A stretch of DNA of 64,000 nucleotides from Bryobacterales bacterium (GTDB taxonomy: Bacteria > Acidobacteriota > Terriglobia > Bryobacterales > UBA6623): the NCBI GenBank assembly GCA_963422375.2, contig OY729428.2, positions 3,200,001 through 3,264,000 of the forward strand. Reading direction: 5' to 3'. Below, piece by piece: positions 9,614 to 20,557 of this stretch. The position numbers and the translations under genes were made by a program. Under the pieces are notes generated by a model that was not told the origin of the DNA, made no database searches, and saw nothing but the letters and a program-made list of their open reading frames with translations. Each line of letters opens with the position of its first letter. Position 1 is the first letter of the stretch.

Positions 9614-10351
9614 CGCTATCTGATGGTGAACCATGACTGCCGCCCCTGCCTCGCCGAGCGCGTGAGTCGCACGGAACCGCCTGCCGCCGCGACGCACGAG
9701 GGTCAAGCTCCAGCTCCGACTCCGGTCGACAAGCCCTTCCGCAGTATCGCCGAACGCGAGCGAGAGCGCTGTGCCGAAACCCCTCCCGACGGGCGGTCGA
9801 GTTCGCGAGTGCCGGGTGAAGGTTGGCAGGCCGTCCCTGCGGCGCGGTTGCGGCAGCCGGAGAGCAAGCGGCCGCGGATACAGCGCCGAACGAAGCGCGA
9901 AGCCAAGCGCGAGCCAGTACGACCCACGGCGCCGGACCGGCGCGAGCCGCCACCCGCACCCGCCAAGAGAGAGGCTCGCGATCGACGCCGGCGAACGCGG
10001 GGTCGCGGTTCGGATGCCCTCCCCGAGCGGCAGAGCGGACTCAACGGCTCTCGCAGAGGGCCAGCCGGCACCGATTGCGAGGGTCTCGCGAGCGATCGGC
10101 GTCGGGCAGCAGACCGCCGAGGCAGTCCCACGCCGCGGCTTGCTCGAGTTCAAGCAGGGCTCAGCGAAGCGCTTCGCGCGGCGAGGGATCTCGGCCAGTC
10201 CGACGAGCCGCCGCGCCAGCCGGAAATCTCCGCGCGTCTGCCGGACGCCTCCCGCTGCAGTCGCTGGCGGCCGTCGGGCTGCGGAATCGATGTCCGAGCG
10301 GATCGGGCGGTGACTTGCTGAGATACTCTGGGACGCTCGCCGACCCGGCCC

Positions 10352-11569
10352 GTGCTCCGCCCGCCCAGACTCTCGCTAGCCTCTTGGATCGTGATCTCGA
10401 TGCTCGCGGGGCTCGGCATCGGGATGCTGGTCCCGCAGTGGGCCCTACGGATCGAATTCCTCAGCACGCTGTTCCTGCGACTAATTCGATCGATCATCGC
10501 ACCGGTTCTGGTTGGAGTACTGATTCGGGCGGTGGCTGGCGCCGGGAACCTCCGCACGCTCGGTCGGCTGGGCTGGAAATCGGCGATCTGCTTCGAGACA
10601 GCCACCACGGTCGCGCTGCTGCTGGGCTGGTTCACCGTCTCTTCGGCGGTACCAGCCGCGGGTCTCGACCTGCGAGCCGGAACAGTCATCGACCGGCAGC
10701 AACCGCCGGACCTGGCGGAATCGCTCGAGAACGCCGTGCCGACGAGCATCGTGGACGCGCTGGCCCGCGGCGACGTGCTCCAGATCGTGATCTTCTGCTT
10801 CCTGTTCGGAATCGCATGCCTGTCTGTCGGCGACCGAGCCCGCCCGGTGGTGGACCTTGCCGACGCCCTCGCGGAAGTCGCGTTCCGCTACACCGACTAC
10901 GTCATGTACCTTGCACCGCTCGCGGTGCTCTCGGCAGCCGCCAACGCGGTGGCGGGAGAGGGTCCGGGCGCCCTGGAAGGACTGTTCGCTTTCGCGGCCG
11001 CAGCGTGGTTCGCCCAAGCCTTCTTCCTCGTAACCGTGCTGGCGGGAGGCCTGGCGCTCTGCGGTGTCCCGCTCCCGGCTTTCGCCCGCTGCGCTCGCGA
11101 ACCGTTCCTAGTGGGCTTCGCAACCACCTCGAGCGCCGCTGCGCTGCCCCAGACGCTCGAGAACCTCCAGCGCTTCGGCGTGCCCCGCCGGGTTCTCGGC
11201 GTGGTCGCTCCCCTGAGCCTCAGCTTTAATCTGAACGGCAGCACGATCCACTTGGCCATGGCGACGCTGTTCGTCGCGCGGGCCGCTGGGATCCCCCTGC
11301 CGTGGGAGCAGCAGGTCATCATCCTGCTTACGCTGAAGCTGACGAGCAAGGGCGTTGCGGGCGTGCCGCGAGCCAATTTCGTGATCCTCGCGGCCGTGTT
11401 CGAGGCCCACGGGCTGCCGATGGAAGGACTCGGCGTTCTTCTCGGAATCGACGCCCTGATCGATCCCATCCGCACCAGCGTCAACGTGGCGAGCCACTGC
11501 GCGGCGCCGGCGGTGGTCGCGCGCTGGGAGGGCACGCGCCTCCCAGCGCGTCAGGAAGCCCGCGGTTGA
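10352..11569 (+). CDS. Dicarboxylate/amino acid:cation symporter (DAACS, GltP/DctA family)
   Basis: FLRLIRSIIAP, LQIVIFCFLFG, FATTSSAAALP, SFNLNGS, LTSKGVAGVPRA and D..RTSVNV motifs. Confidence 0.92.
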   Translation: MLRPPRLSLASWIVISMLAGLGIGMLVPQWALRIEFLSTLFLRLIRSIIAPVLVGVLIRAVAGAGNLRTLGRLGWKSAICFETATTVALLLGWFTVSSAVPAAGLDLRAGTVIDRQQPPDLAESLENAVPTSIVDALARGDVLQIVIFCFLFGIACLSVGDRARPVVDLADALAEVAFRYTDYVMYLAPLAVLSAAANAVAGEGPGALEGLFAFAAAAWFAQAFFLVTVLAGGLALCGVPLPAFARCAREPFLVGFATTSSAAALPQTLENLQRFGVPRRVLGVVAPLSLSFNLNGSTIHLAMATLFVARAAGIPLPWEQQVIILLTLKLTSKGVAGVPRANFVILAAVFEAHGLPMEGLGVLLGIDALIDPIRTSVNVASHCAAPAVVARWEGTRLPARQEARG

Positions 11570-11600
11570 GCCCGCTCGCGGCCCGGGCTCGGCGCGAGGC

Positions 11601-13061
11601 TCACTGCTTCATCCACTGCTGCCGACGCGGCCACCGCGGGCCGTCCTCAAAGAATCTCACCCCGCTGCCGATCCGGTCGTAGTCGCCGAGTTCCGCCCGA
11701 GCCTCGTCAGCGAGCGCGGCCAGGCGCCGGACGACGCCCGGATTCTGCTCGGCGACGTTTTCCGTCTCGCCGATATCGGTCTCGAGGTTGTAGAGCGCGA
11801 GTTCCGTGACGGGCTCGAGAAGTTCTCCGAGGAAGGCCCCGCCCTTCGAGAGCAGCCACTCCGACTCGTTGCGACCGGGCCGAGGAAACACGAGCTTCCA
11901 AGGGCCGCTGCGGACGGCGTCAAGATGCGTTTCGCGGTAGTAGTAGAACGCCTCGTGAGGGCTGGCCGCCCCGGGATCTCCCTTCATCAGAGACGAGATG
12001 TCGCGTCCATCGACGACACGGTCCGCTGGCAGTTCCGCTCCGGCCATCGCGATGAACGTCGGGAGCAAGTCCATCGTCGTCGCGACCTCTCGGGTGACCG
12101 CGCCCGCCGCCACATGGCCCGGCCCCCACATGACGGTCGGCACCCTGATTCCCCCCTCCCATGTCGTGGCCTTGGCTCCTCTCAGCGGACCGGACGAACC
12201 GGCATGCTCGGCAATCGCGGCGGTGTAGCGGGGCAGCGAGTGATTGCTCCACGGGCCGTTGTCCGACGTGTAGACGACGATGGTGTTCCGATCGAGCTCC
12301 AGTTCTACGAGCAGATCGACGATTTCGCCCGTGCTGGCGTCGAGTTCCTCGATCACGTCTCCGTACAAGCCGCGCTCGGAACGCCCCTCGAAAGGCTCGG
12401 TCACGCCGAGGACCACGTGCGCCATCGTGTGCGCGATGTAGAGGAAGAACGGCCTGTCCCGGTTGGTCCGGACGAACTGCAGCGCCTCGTCCGTGTAGCG
12501 CCGCGTGAGATCGTCAACTCCGGCCGACTCCTGAATCCGCTCTTCGTTCCGGTAGACCCAGTGGACCTCGCCGCTGTCATTCGCGCCGACGACGCCGAAC
12601 CAGTAGTCGAAGCCGCGACGGACCGGGTTGAGAACCGGCTTGAAGCCGGCGCGGCGCTTCGTGATGTCTACCTTCCCGATCATGCCCGTCGCGTAACCCG
12701 CCTCCTGCAGCACCCGGGGCAGCAGGATTTCCTTCTCGTGGACGTAAGGGAAGCTGTTCTTCTCATTGCCGTACTCGGCGACGCGGATGGGGTAGCACCC
12801 CGTGAGCAGCGCCGTGCGCGAGGGACCGCACACAGGCTGGGCGTAGAAGTCGGTGAACTTGATGCCCTCGCTGGCCATCCGGTCGATGCGAGGCGTCTCG
12901 AAGTCGGTGGCGCCGAAGACGCCGAGGTCGCCGTATCCCTGGTCGTCGGCGAACACGATGATGAAGTTGGGGCGTTGCGATGGCTTGCTCTCGGGCGCGG
13001 TCGAGCAGCGAAGGGCTGCGATCACAAGCACGAACGCAAGAATAGTCCGCTGCAAGGGCAA
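11601..13061 (-). CDS. Arylsulfatase A-family sulfatase, exported
   Basis: RPNFIIVFADDQGYGD, formylglycine motif CGPSRTALLTG, YTSDNG, EGGIRVP and LYNLETDIGE. The start is inferred at TTG 13061, 8 nt downstream of GGAGG. Confidence 0.92.
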   Translation of the reverse strand: MPLQRTILAFVLVIAALRCSTAPESKPSQRPNFIIVFADDQGYGDLGVFGATDFETPRIDRMASEGIKFTDFYAQPVCGPSRTALLTGCYPIRVAEYGNEKNSFPYVHEKEILLPRVLQEAGYATGMIGKVDITKRRAGFKPVLNPVRRGFDYWFGVVGANDSGEVHWVYRNEERIQESAGVDDLTRRYTDEALQFVRTNRDRPFFLYIAHTMAHVVLGVTEPFEGRSERGLYGDVIEELDASTGEIVDLLVELELDRNTIVVYTSDNGPWSNHSLPRYTAAIAEHAGSSGPLRGAKATTWEGGIRVPTVMWGPGHVAAGAVTREVATTMDLLPTFIAMAGAELPADRVVDGRDISSLMKGDPGAASPHEAFYYYRETHLDAVRSGPWKLVFPRPGRNESEWLLSKGGAFLGELLEPVTELALYNLETDIGETENVAEQNPGVVRRLAALADEARAELGDYDRIGSGVRFFEDGPRWPRRQQWMKQ

Positions 13062-13609
13062 GTGGCGGTCCTCCCAAGGGCTGGTGCCCGTGCCAGTGTA
13101 CCGACCGAGCGGATCGCCGAGCCGGGCCCGGACAGATCGCCATTCCAATCGATGCGACGTCGGCCGCCAATTCCGTTTCCGCGGATGTCGGTGCCTCTGC
13201 CGCTTGCTCTCCAAGGCCCTAGCCGAGAAGCCGCGCCGATCGCGACGCCTCGACTTGCCGAGGATTGCATCGGGAAGGCAAGCCGGCGCAGCTCTCTCCT
13301 TCGAGGCGGAACCCGCCCTTACGTGCCGCGGCTTCCCGCCATCTCGCTCCGGTTGCCGGCGTCGCGGCTGACCGACCGGGACGCGCGGCTCCCCGCCGAC
13401 TGCGAGGGGTTCGCGTGCGCGTGTGGCGGGGACGACTGCCTTGGTCGCCCGCAGGCTACGGTGGCGCGCAGCAGCTGACCGGACCAAACTCCAACGGGAC
13501 GGTCACGACCTAGCGACCGGTCGATGCGGCGGCACAGCGGACCGCCGGTCGGGCCGCGGCAGCGCCTGATCGCGATGCTCCGCACCTCATCGCCTGCTAC
13601 AACGGAGGC

Positions 13610-16039
13610 ATGTCCGAACGCTCGCTCCGAACGCTGTTGCTGCTGACGGCGAGCGCAGCCGCCTCCGGATGCTCCGGCGCGGGAGACCCCGCTGCTCCCG
13701 TGGAAGTGCAGGCCGCCGGTCCGCGGTCCCCGAACCCCACTCCTTCGCCTTGGATCACCGCGGTCGTTCCCCATGTCGGATTCAACGACGAGCCCGCCTT
13801 GGCGTTGAGCGAGTCCGGCGACGTTTTCGCCGGATGGATCAGCTTCCGCGAGGGCTCGGACACCCTAGCGGTGGCCGTCTACTCCCATGAAGGGGACCGG
13901 TTCTCCAAGCGGGGCGAGTGGGCGGTCCTTGACGGTCCCGGGACGCACTTGCTCGGCTTGAAGGCAGTCCAAGCAGGCCCGTCGGTGTACTTCGTGTTCG
14001 CGCGGGAAGTGCGCGGCAACTGGGACGTGTTCGCGGTAAAGGCCGACCGCGACGGACCGGACAGGCCGGTGCGCGTTGCCACAGGGCCGGAGACGCAGAT
14101 CAAGCCGGACGCGGCTTGGCGTGACGGCACGCTCTTCGTCACGTGGGAAAGCAACTCGAGTTCGGAGCGGCACGTCCATCTGGCCACCCTCCGGGACGGC
14201 GCCGCGACAGCTCCCCAGCCCGTCAGCGAGGAGGGCCCGTCGAACTACGGGCCGACGGTGGCCGTGGCCGACAACGGCCGCGTCTCGGTCGCATGGCACT
14301 CCTACCGAGACCACAACTACGACATCTATCTCCGGGAACTGTCGGCCGAGGGGACTTGGGAGCCGGAGCGACGGCTGACCGCCTCCCCCGGAATCGACCG
14401 GCACGCGGACCTGCTGACGCGCGGCGACGAGCTCTGGATGCTCTACGAGCGCGCCCGCATGGAAGAGTACTACGTGGGAAGGACCGACGAACGCCACCTG
14501 GTCGCGGCGAGAGTCTCGGACGGCGGACTGGAGGCTCCCTCGGATTACTGGACCTCGCCGCTGGCCAGGAATCGGTCCGAAGCGGGCGCGGCGGCGTTCG
14601 ACTCGCAGGGGCGCCTGTGGATCTCCTACCTGCAGCCGCGGGAGCCGCGCGGAGGCTGGTCGGTGCGGGTGGTCGGATATACCGGTTCGGAGTGGGTCGG
14701 CCCGCGAGGCCTGTCCCAGCGGCGCTCCATGGACCGGCCCGCGCCCGTCGCGCTCAAGGGCGACCGGCTCCTACTGGCATTCCAAGCCGACAGCTTCTCG
14801 GACTCGTGGTCGCAATCGGACCCGGATTTCACCGACAACGCCCGTTCCCAAGTGCTGCTCGCATCCCTCGACACCGGCCAGGCTCCGCCTGCCGCATCGT
14901 CGATGCGCCTCGCGCAACTCGACGAGCCGGACAGGCCGTTCGACCCGGCAACCCTGCACGACAGATTCGGCGAGGACGCCGAATCCGCCTCCATCGAATA
15001 CAACGGCGAGACGCTCCACCTGTACTACGGCGAATTGCACGAGCATTCGGACATTTCGATCTGCAATCGCTGCGGCGACCAGTCGCTTGACGAGAATTAC
15101 CAGTGCCGCCGCGATATCAACCGGCTCGACTTCGTCGCCATGACCGATCACGGGTACAACATCGTCCCCTACCTGTGGAACTACTCCGCCAAGCTCGTTC
15201 GCGCCAACCATGACCCCGGGCGGCTGGTGACCTTCCTAGGAGAGGAGTGGACCTCGAGCTTCGAGGACTACGACCAAGACCGCCCGTGGGGCTACTACGG
15301 TCACCGCAACCTGATCTTTGCCGATCCTTACTTCCCGAAGTGGTGGACCGCCTACAACGGTGACTCGCCGTCCGAGCTGTGGAGCGAGTTGCGCCGGATG
15401 AAGGCGGACTTCGTGCAGATCCCGCACCAGCTGGCCGACACTGGAAACGTCCCGGTCGACTGGGATTACGCCGACGAGGAAGCCCAGCCCGTCGCCGAGA
15501 TATTCCAGACTCGGGGATCGTACGAATACGCGGGCGCGCCCCGCCACGCCGGCAACGCGACCGGCGAGGCGGGCAACTACATCCGGGACGCCTGGGCACG
15601 CGGGCTCAGGATCGGGGTGATCGCGAGCCCGGACCACGGGGGCGGTCTCGGCAAGGCAGCCGTCTGGGCGCGCTCGAAATCGCGCGCAGCGATCTTGGAA
15701 GCGATCCGCGAGCGCCGGACCTTCGGTACGACCGCAGCGCGCGTCTGGATGGACTTCCGCGTCGACGGACACCTGATGGGCGAGGCCGCGGATCCCGGCA
15801 AGGGCCCGGTGGAGATCACGGCGGAAGTGCGGTCGCCCCAGCCCATCGACAAGCTCGAGATCTGCCGCAACAACGAATTCGTGTACGCGGCGTCGCCGGG
15901 ATCGACGAGGGCCTCTGTCGAATTCGTCGACACGGATCCCCTCGCCGGCCCCAGTTACTACTACCTGCGCGTGATCCAGACCGACGGGGAGGTCGCGTGG
16001 TCGAGCCCCGTGTGGCTCGAGCGCCGACCCGCGGGCTGA
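13610..16039 (+). CDS. Lipoprotein with an N-terminal beta-propeller-like region and a C-terminal PHP-type (CehA/McbA, DUF3604-like) metallohydrolase
   Basis: Lipobox ASGC; GELHEHS, MTDH, GEEWT, GHRN, IPHQ, ASPDH and YYYLRV...AWSSPVW motifs; GGAGG RBS. Confidence 0.85.
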   Translation: MSERSLRTLLLLTASAAASGCSGAGDPAAPVEVQAAGPRSPNPTPSPWITAVVPHVGFNDEPALALSESGDVFAGWISFREGSDTLAVAVYSHEGDRFSKRGEWAVLDGPGTHLLGLKAVQAGPSVYFVFAREVRGNWDVFAVKADRDGPDRPVRVATGPETQIKPDAAWRDGTLFVTWESNSSSERHVHLATLRDGAATAPQPVSEEGPSNYGPTVAVADNGRVSVAWHSYRDHNYDIYLRELSAEGTWEPERRLTASPGIDRHADLLTRGDELWMLYERARMEEYYVGRTDERHLVAARVSDGGLEAPSDYWTSPLARNRSEAGAAAFDSQGRLWISYLQPREPRGGWSVRVVGYTGSEWVGPRGLSQRRSMDRPAPVALKGDRLLLAFQADSFSDSWSQSDPDFTDNARSQVLLASLDTGQAPPAASSMRLAQLDEPDRPFDPATLHDRFGEDAESASIEYNGETLHLYYGELHEHSDISICNRCGDQSLDENYQCRRDINRLDFVAMTDHGYNIVPYLWNYSAKLVRANHDPGRLVTFLGEEWTSSFEDYDQDRPWGYYGHRNLIFADPYFPKWWTAYNGDSPSELWSELRRMKADFVQIPHQLADTGNVPVDWDYADEEAQPVAEIFQTRGSYEYAGAPRHAGNATGEAGNYIRDAWARGLRIGVIASPDHGGGLGKAAVWARSKSRAAILEAIRERRTFGTTAARVWMDFRVDGHLMGEAADPGKGPVEITAEVRSPQPIDKLEICRNNEFVYAASPGSTRASVEFVDTDPLAGPSYYYLRVIQTDGEVAWSSPVWLERRPAG

Positions 16040-16048
16040 GACCGGCGT

Positions 16049-18556
16049 TCAGTCGGACCGGGGCGAGGTCATCAGGGGGTGCCCCAGCGTGTCCCCGTTC
16101 GCCTCGAATCCGTCGCGGTCGACGTCCACGAAGATCGGGTTGGTGTACGCGACCGGATGCATCTCCCCGTAGGGATTCAACCCCCAGCCGCGCTTGAGGT
16201 CCGAGCCCTCGCCGATCGCCACGACGATCAAGTGGGCGTCCCGCTGCAGCGCCACGCGAATCGTCTCGTCGAAATTCAGGACGCCTTCGGAAAACAAGCC
16301 GGGATGCTCGCTCCTGCGGAAGTCGTACTGCTCCGGCTGCCGCCCGTTGACGAGGACTTGCACGCGATCGACCTTCAGCCAGTTCGGGGTCTGGACCCGG
16401 ACATTCAAGTCCACGAAACCCTCGCCGATCACCGTCGATCCGATCGGCAGGCCGTCCGCCGTCGTCACCTCGAGGAACGGACCGTTGGTGATCATCATGC
16501 GCCCGGCCTTCGCGTTGCGGATGATCTCCTCGTGATCCACGTCGGCGGGGCTGTCGGCGGAGCTGGGCACGTAGGTCCGCCAGCCGCCGACGCCGTTGTC
16601 GAAGATCCGGTGCGCGTCGCTGACCGCGACGCACCAGACCCGGCGGCCCTGATTGAGCAGCTGCAGCCAGCCGAAGGTGCGGTTGGGCCCGCTCCGCGTG
16701 CTGTAGGCGGGATTCAGGTTGAGAATCTCGGCGCTCCAAACCTCCGCCGCGTCAATGAGTTGCTCCAGGCCCACGAAGCCTCCGTCTTCGATGCCGTCCC
16801 GGTTCCGGTCGAAGAACACGCTCCCGACATCGGGGTGGTTCGCCTGCACCCAGCGGTCGGGCCCGCCGCCAAATTGGCCCACCCTCCCGCGCGCGTTCGC
16901 GCCCGGATCGATCCTGGAGCCGCCCAGCAGGGTCGGCGTGGCCCAGTTGCGCAGCGTGATCGCGTTGATGCGCGGGTCGAAGTGCCACAGCGGCGCGCCG
17001 CCGTTCTGAGCCAGCGGGTCGGGCTCGTGCGGGAACGAATTGAAGTGCTGGCCGCTGCCGGTGAGCTCGATGCCCGGCACGGTCTTGAGGCGGGAGGCCA
17101 GGCCGAGAGCCTCGATCCAAGGCGTCCAGTCGTAGAGCCGCTGGTGCTCGGTCGTCGGGGCAAACTCGACGTGCTCGGCCGCGAAGTTGATGATGCGGTC
17201 CCGCGTGCTGCAATAGTTGTCGCCGCTGGGCGTCGAGTGGGCGTGGAAGTCGGTGCTGATCCAGCCCGCCGTGTCAACCGTGCGCTCAAGCGCCACTTCG
17301 ACCGCAACGGTCTCGCCGCTCCCCACATCGACGCGCCTCTCGACTAGATCGTGCTCGGGCCCCAGCGTCACCCGCAGCAGGTAGCTGCCGGGGGGAACCT
17401 GCTGCATCGCCCGACCGTCGTGCGTCTGGTACTGATGGTTGCCGCCGTGCGCGCGATAGTCCGTGCCGAAATTCGGCGTCTCCGTGCCGTCCACGCCGAT
17501 GAACTGGACCTTGCCCGGAGAGGCGGCGCCGTCGGCGTCGCGAATCGAGACGCTGACCGCGGAGGCCGCGGGCACTTCCAAGTCGAGGCGCTCGGTCCTG
17601 CCGCGCCGGACGGCGATTTGGCGCTCGACCGGATCCCGGCCGATGTCCTCGAAGCGAGCCGGGTAGCTGCCAACCGGCAGCCGGAAGTCGATGCGGCCGT
17701 CCGCGTCCGGATACTGCCGCACCCACTCCCCGTCCAGAGAGACCTGCAGGGAGCCGTGTACGGCGGGCTGGCCGCGGCCGTCCTTGACGGTCCCGGAGAC
17801 TTCGCCGGTCGGGCCCCGTTGCGACGCCAGGACGCCGAAGGCAGCTAGGGGCGAGTCGGCGACGGCAACTCGCACCGCGATCGTCCTCTCCTCGCCGGGC
17901 TGCAGCACCGCCTCGCTCGGAATGGCGACCCCGTCCGCCGGGGCGACGGCGTACGCCCGCTTGTCAAAGGGATCGACGCTGTCCCCGAGCAGCACGCCAT
18001 GCACGGACTGCTCGCTCTCGAGTCCCTTCCAGACCGGAGCCGGCGTGATCGGGACGGGAACTTGCGACTCGTTACGGAACGTCGAGGTGACGAGCAGATA
18101 CTGCCAGCCGGGCTCTAGCCTGTACTCGTGGCGGGTGTGCAGGCCATCGCCCATGGCAGCCGTACGAACCGCCTCCACCACCGCCGCGCCGGACGAGCCG
18201 TCCTCGACGACAGCCACGCGGGACAGATAGCCTCTCTCGGCTCCGGGCCGGAGGACGGTGAGCTGGTCGTTCCCTGCGCCGCGCAGGTCGAAGTCATACA
18301 GGCAGCCCTGCAGGACGGAGGCGTACTCGGTCGTCATGTTGGCCCGGCGGAACGGCTGCGCGCCTGACACCACCCCGCTGACCTGGCCGTTGCGCAGTAC
18401 GAAGTCGCCCGGCAAGCCGTCAGCCTCCTTGCCGGATGGCATTTCGCCAACTGAATGGCGGCTGACCTCAAAGGCCTCGGCTTGGTCGCGCTGGGCCGTC
18501 AGCCCCCAAGCCAGCAGCATCACGAACGCAGCGGCTAGGGCTGTGCGAACTCGCAT
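16049..18556 (-). CDS. CehA/McbA-family PHP-type metallohydrolase with carboxypeptidase-regulatory-like Ig domains
   Basis: DFHAHS, TTEH, HFN, NHP, VSDAH, TNGPFL and YTNPIFVD motifs; signal peptide MRVRTALAAAF...; AAGGAGG upstream of 18556. Confidence 0.87.
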   Translation of the reverse strand: MRVRTALAAAFVMLLAWGLTAQRDQAEAFEVSRHSVGEMPSGKEADGLPGDFVLRNGQVSGVVSGAQPFRRANMTTEYASVLQGCLYDFDLRGAGNDQLTVLRPGAERGYLSRVAVVEDGSSGAAVVEAVRTAAMGDGLHTRHEYRLEPGWQYLLVTSTFRNESQVPVPITPAPVWKGLESEQSVHGVLLGDSVDPFDKRAYAVAPADGVAIPSEAVLQPGEERTIAVRVAVADSPLAAFGVLASQRGPTGEVSGTVKDGRGQPAVHGSLQVSLDGEWVRQYPDADGRIDFRLPVGSYPARFEDIGRDPVERQIAVRRGRTERLDLEVPAASAVSVSIRDADGAASPGKVQFIGVDGTETPNFGTDYRAHGGNHQYQTHDGRAMQQVPPGSYLLRVTLGPEHDLVERRVDVGSGETVAVEVALERTVDTAGWISTDFHAHSTPSGDNYCSTRDRIINFAAEHVEFAPTTEHQRLYDWTPWIEALGLASRLKTVPGIELTGSGQHFNSFPHEPDPLAQNGGAPLWHFDPRINAITLRNWATPTLLGGSRIDPGANARGRVGQFGGGPDRWVQANHPDVGSVFFDRNRDGIEDGGFVGLEQLIDAAEVWSAEILNLNPAYSTRSGPNRTFGWLQLLNQGRRVWCVAVSDAHRIFDNGVGGWRTYVPSSADSPADVDHEEIIRNAKAGRMMITNGPFLEVTTADGLPIGSTVIGEGFVDLNVRVQTPNWLKVDRVQVLVNGRQPEQYDFRRSEHPGLFSEGVLNFDETIRVALQRDAHLIVVAIGEGSDLKRGWGLNPYGEMHPVAYTNPIFVDVDRDGFEANGDTLGHPLMTSPRSD

Positions 18557-19000
18557 GGTCATCCTCCTTCGGCGAGGGCAACGATCATCGTATTCCGTGT
18601 CCTCGCACGCGCGGCCGCGGGCCTGGTCGGACATGCCGCTGGCCATCCGCGTCGGGCTCACGGGCGTCGACCGGCATCCGGCACAGGTCACGAACGTCCC
18701 CTCAAGCATGCATGTTCCGGCCGGCGCAGGCAAGGGAAACACAACATGTAGCAGTCTCGGTCAAGAATACGGATGGCCGCTGAGGCGGCGACCCCGCACC
18801 GAAGCCACCGGTCGCCCCGTGGCCCGTCACTCCATCCCGCGAATGCCGGGCGGGCGGCGCCCGCGGTCATGCGCAAGGCGGCCTCCGCACGCAAGATGCG
18901 CCGCCGCTATCGGCAGGGGCCGATGCGCGTCACCGCCCCCTGACGGCCTTCATCGGCCGGAGTCCGCGTTCGGTCTCGGCTCCGTCGGACAAGAGGATCC

Positions 19001-20488
19001 ATGACCTCGCGATACAGTGCCTATGCTTCAATAGCGCCAGCGAACACCATGCGCCCGAGCCGATTCCCTGTTGTACTCTCCGCCGCTTTCGCGATGTTCA
19101 TGGCAGGTTGCGGCTCGACCCCGAATCGACCGCCCGCAACAGTGGGCGAGACGCCGACCGCAGCGCAGGCCGCTGACGGCAGCTACATCTCGTGGAAGGA
19201 GCACGTGATCGACGACCTCGAGACGGGCGGGGTTGCGATCGCGGGCAGCGACGGCCTCGAGATGGCCGACCTCGACCTGGACGGCCACGAGGACATCGTT
19301 TCGGTCCACGAGTCGGACACCGAGTACGACGGAGTGCCCGACGGGCACATTCGGCTGGCCTTCGGATCCGAGGACCCGGATCGCTGGGATCTGGTGACGC
19401 TCGCCCAAGGCGAGGAGGCCGGGGCAGCCGAGGACGTGTCCATCGCCGACGTCAACGGCGACGGCTTCCCCGACGTGGTTGCGGCGTGCGAGTTTGCACA
19501 CCTCATCTACTTCCAGAATCCGGGCCAAGACGCCCGAACCGCCGAGTGGGAGCGAATCATCCCTTCATCCGCTAGCGGCCGGGGCTCGTACATTCGCGTG
19601 TTCTTCGCCGACTTCAACGACGACGGGCGGCCCGAGGTGGTGGCTCCCAACAAGGGCTCCCAGTCCGGCGACCGCAACGAGACGACCCTGCGCGCGATCA
19701 GCTGGTTCGAGATCGCCGGCGACCCGCTCGACGACAAGTCGTGGAAGGAGCACGAGCTCACTCGCGTGGCCGTGCCGATCAACTCGCGCCCGGTCGACCT
19801 GGACCAAGACGGCGATACCGACATCCTGGCCTCGTCCCGGGCCGAGGCGAGGCTGTTCTGGTTCGAGAACCTCGGAGGGAAGGAGATCCGGTTCAAGGAA
19901 CATCGCGTCGAGGTCGCGGTGCCCGACGGGTACGGGGCCACCCGAATGACCGGATTCATGTTCGACTTCTTTGACTTCAACGGGGACGCGCGCCTCGACG
20001 TGCTGTTGGCGGAAGGCGGATCGAACGTCGTGTGGCTGGAACAGCCCGGCAGCCCGGACGGAACCTGGACGCTCCACAGGATCGGGTCGATGGCCCCGGA
20101 CTCGGCTACAGGCCTGACGATCACCGACATCAACGGCGACGGACGCGTGGACATCTTCTGCGGCAGCTACAGCCAGGGCCCGCGCGGCGCGGACGGCGCG
20201 GAAGTCACCAAGGACATGGCGCTGGGGCGGCTGGCATGGTTCGAGAATCCAGGCGACTCCGGCGGCGAGTGGGAGCGGCACGACATCTCCCGCCGGAAGC
20301 GGGGCATGTTCGACATGGCGATCGCCAAGGACCTAGACCGGGACGGCGATGTCGACTTCGTCGGCACGCGCGGCAACAGCGTGCCCTACGACGGCGTCTA
20401 CTGGCTGGAGCAAGCGCGCACGGAGGGGCCGCTGGCTTCGTTCTCACGCGCCCGCGCCAACGACAGCGAGGAGATGCCGCTGCCGTAG
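19001..20488 (+). CDS. VCBS/FG-GAP repeat lipoprotein (Ca-binding beta-propeller)
   Basis: Seven D.[DN].DG..[DE] repeats (DLDLDGHED, DVNGDGFPD, DFNDDGRPE, DLDQDGDTD, DFNGDARLD, DINGDGRVD, DLDRDGDVD); lipobox MAGC. Alternative start at 19049. Confidence 0.88.
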   Translation: MTSRYSAYASIAPANTMRPSRFPVVLSAAFAMFMAGCGSTPNRPPATVGETPTAAQAADGSYISWKEHVIDDLETGGVAIAGSDGLEMADLDLDGHEDIVSVHESDTEYDGVPDGHIRLAFGSEDPDRWDLVTLAQGEEAGAAEDVSIADVNGDGFPDVVAACEFAHLIYFQNPGQDARTAEWERIIPSSASGRGSYIRVFFADFNDDGRPEVVAPNKGSQSGDRNETTLRAISWFEIAGDPLDDKSWKEHELTRVAVPINSRPVDLDQDGDTDILASSRAEARLFWFENLGGKEIRFKEHRVEVAVPDGYGATRMTGFMFDFFDFNGDARLDVLLAEGGSNVVWLEQPGSPDGTWTLHRIGSMAPDSATGLTITDINGDGRVDIFCGSYSQGPRGADGAEVTKDMALGRLAWFENPGDSGGEWERHDISRRKRGMFDMAIAKDLDRDGDVDFVGTRGNSVPYDGVYWLEQARTEGPLASFSRARANDSEEMPLP

Positions 20489-20557
20489 CGGCCCGTCGGC
20501 ACGTCCGCGACGCGCCCCAAGCTCGCGCCGGGCTGGACCTGCGATAAGCTGTGCGCA

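Noticed and set aside
9614..10153. About 180-aa N-terminal extension of the TolC ORF
   Set aside because: Low-complexity R/A/P/G sequence ahead of a normal signal peptide; probably intergenic read-through.
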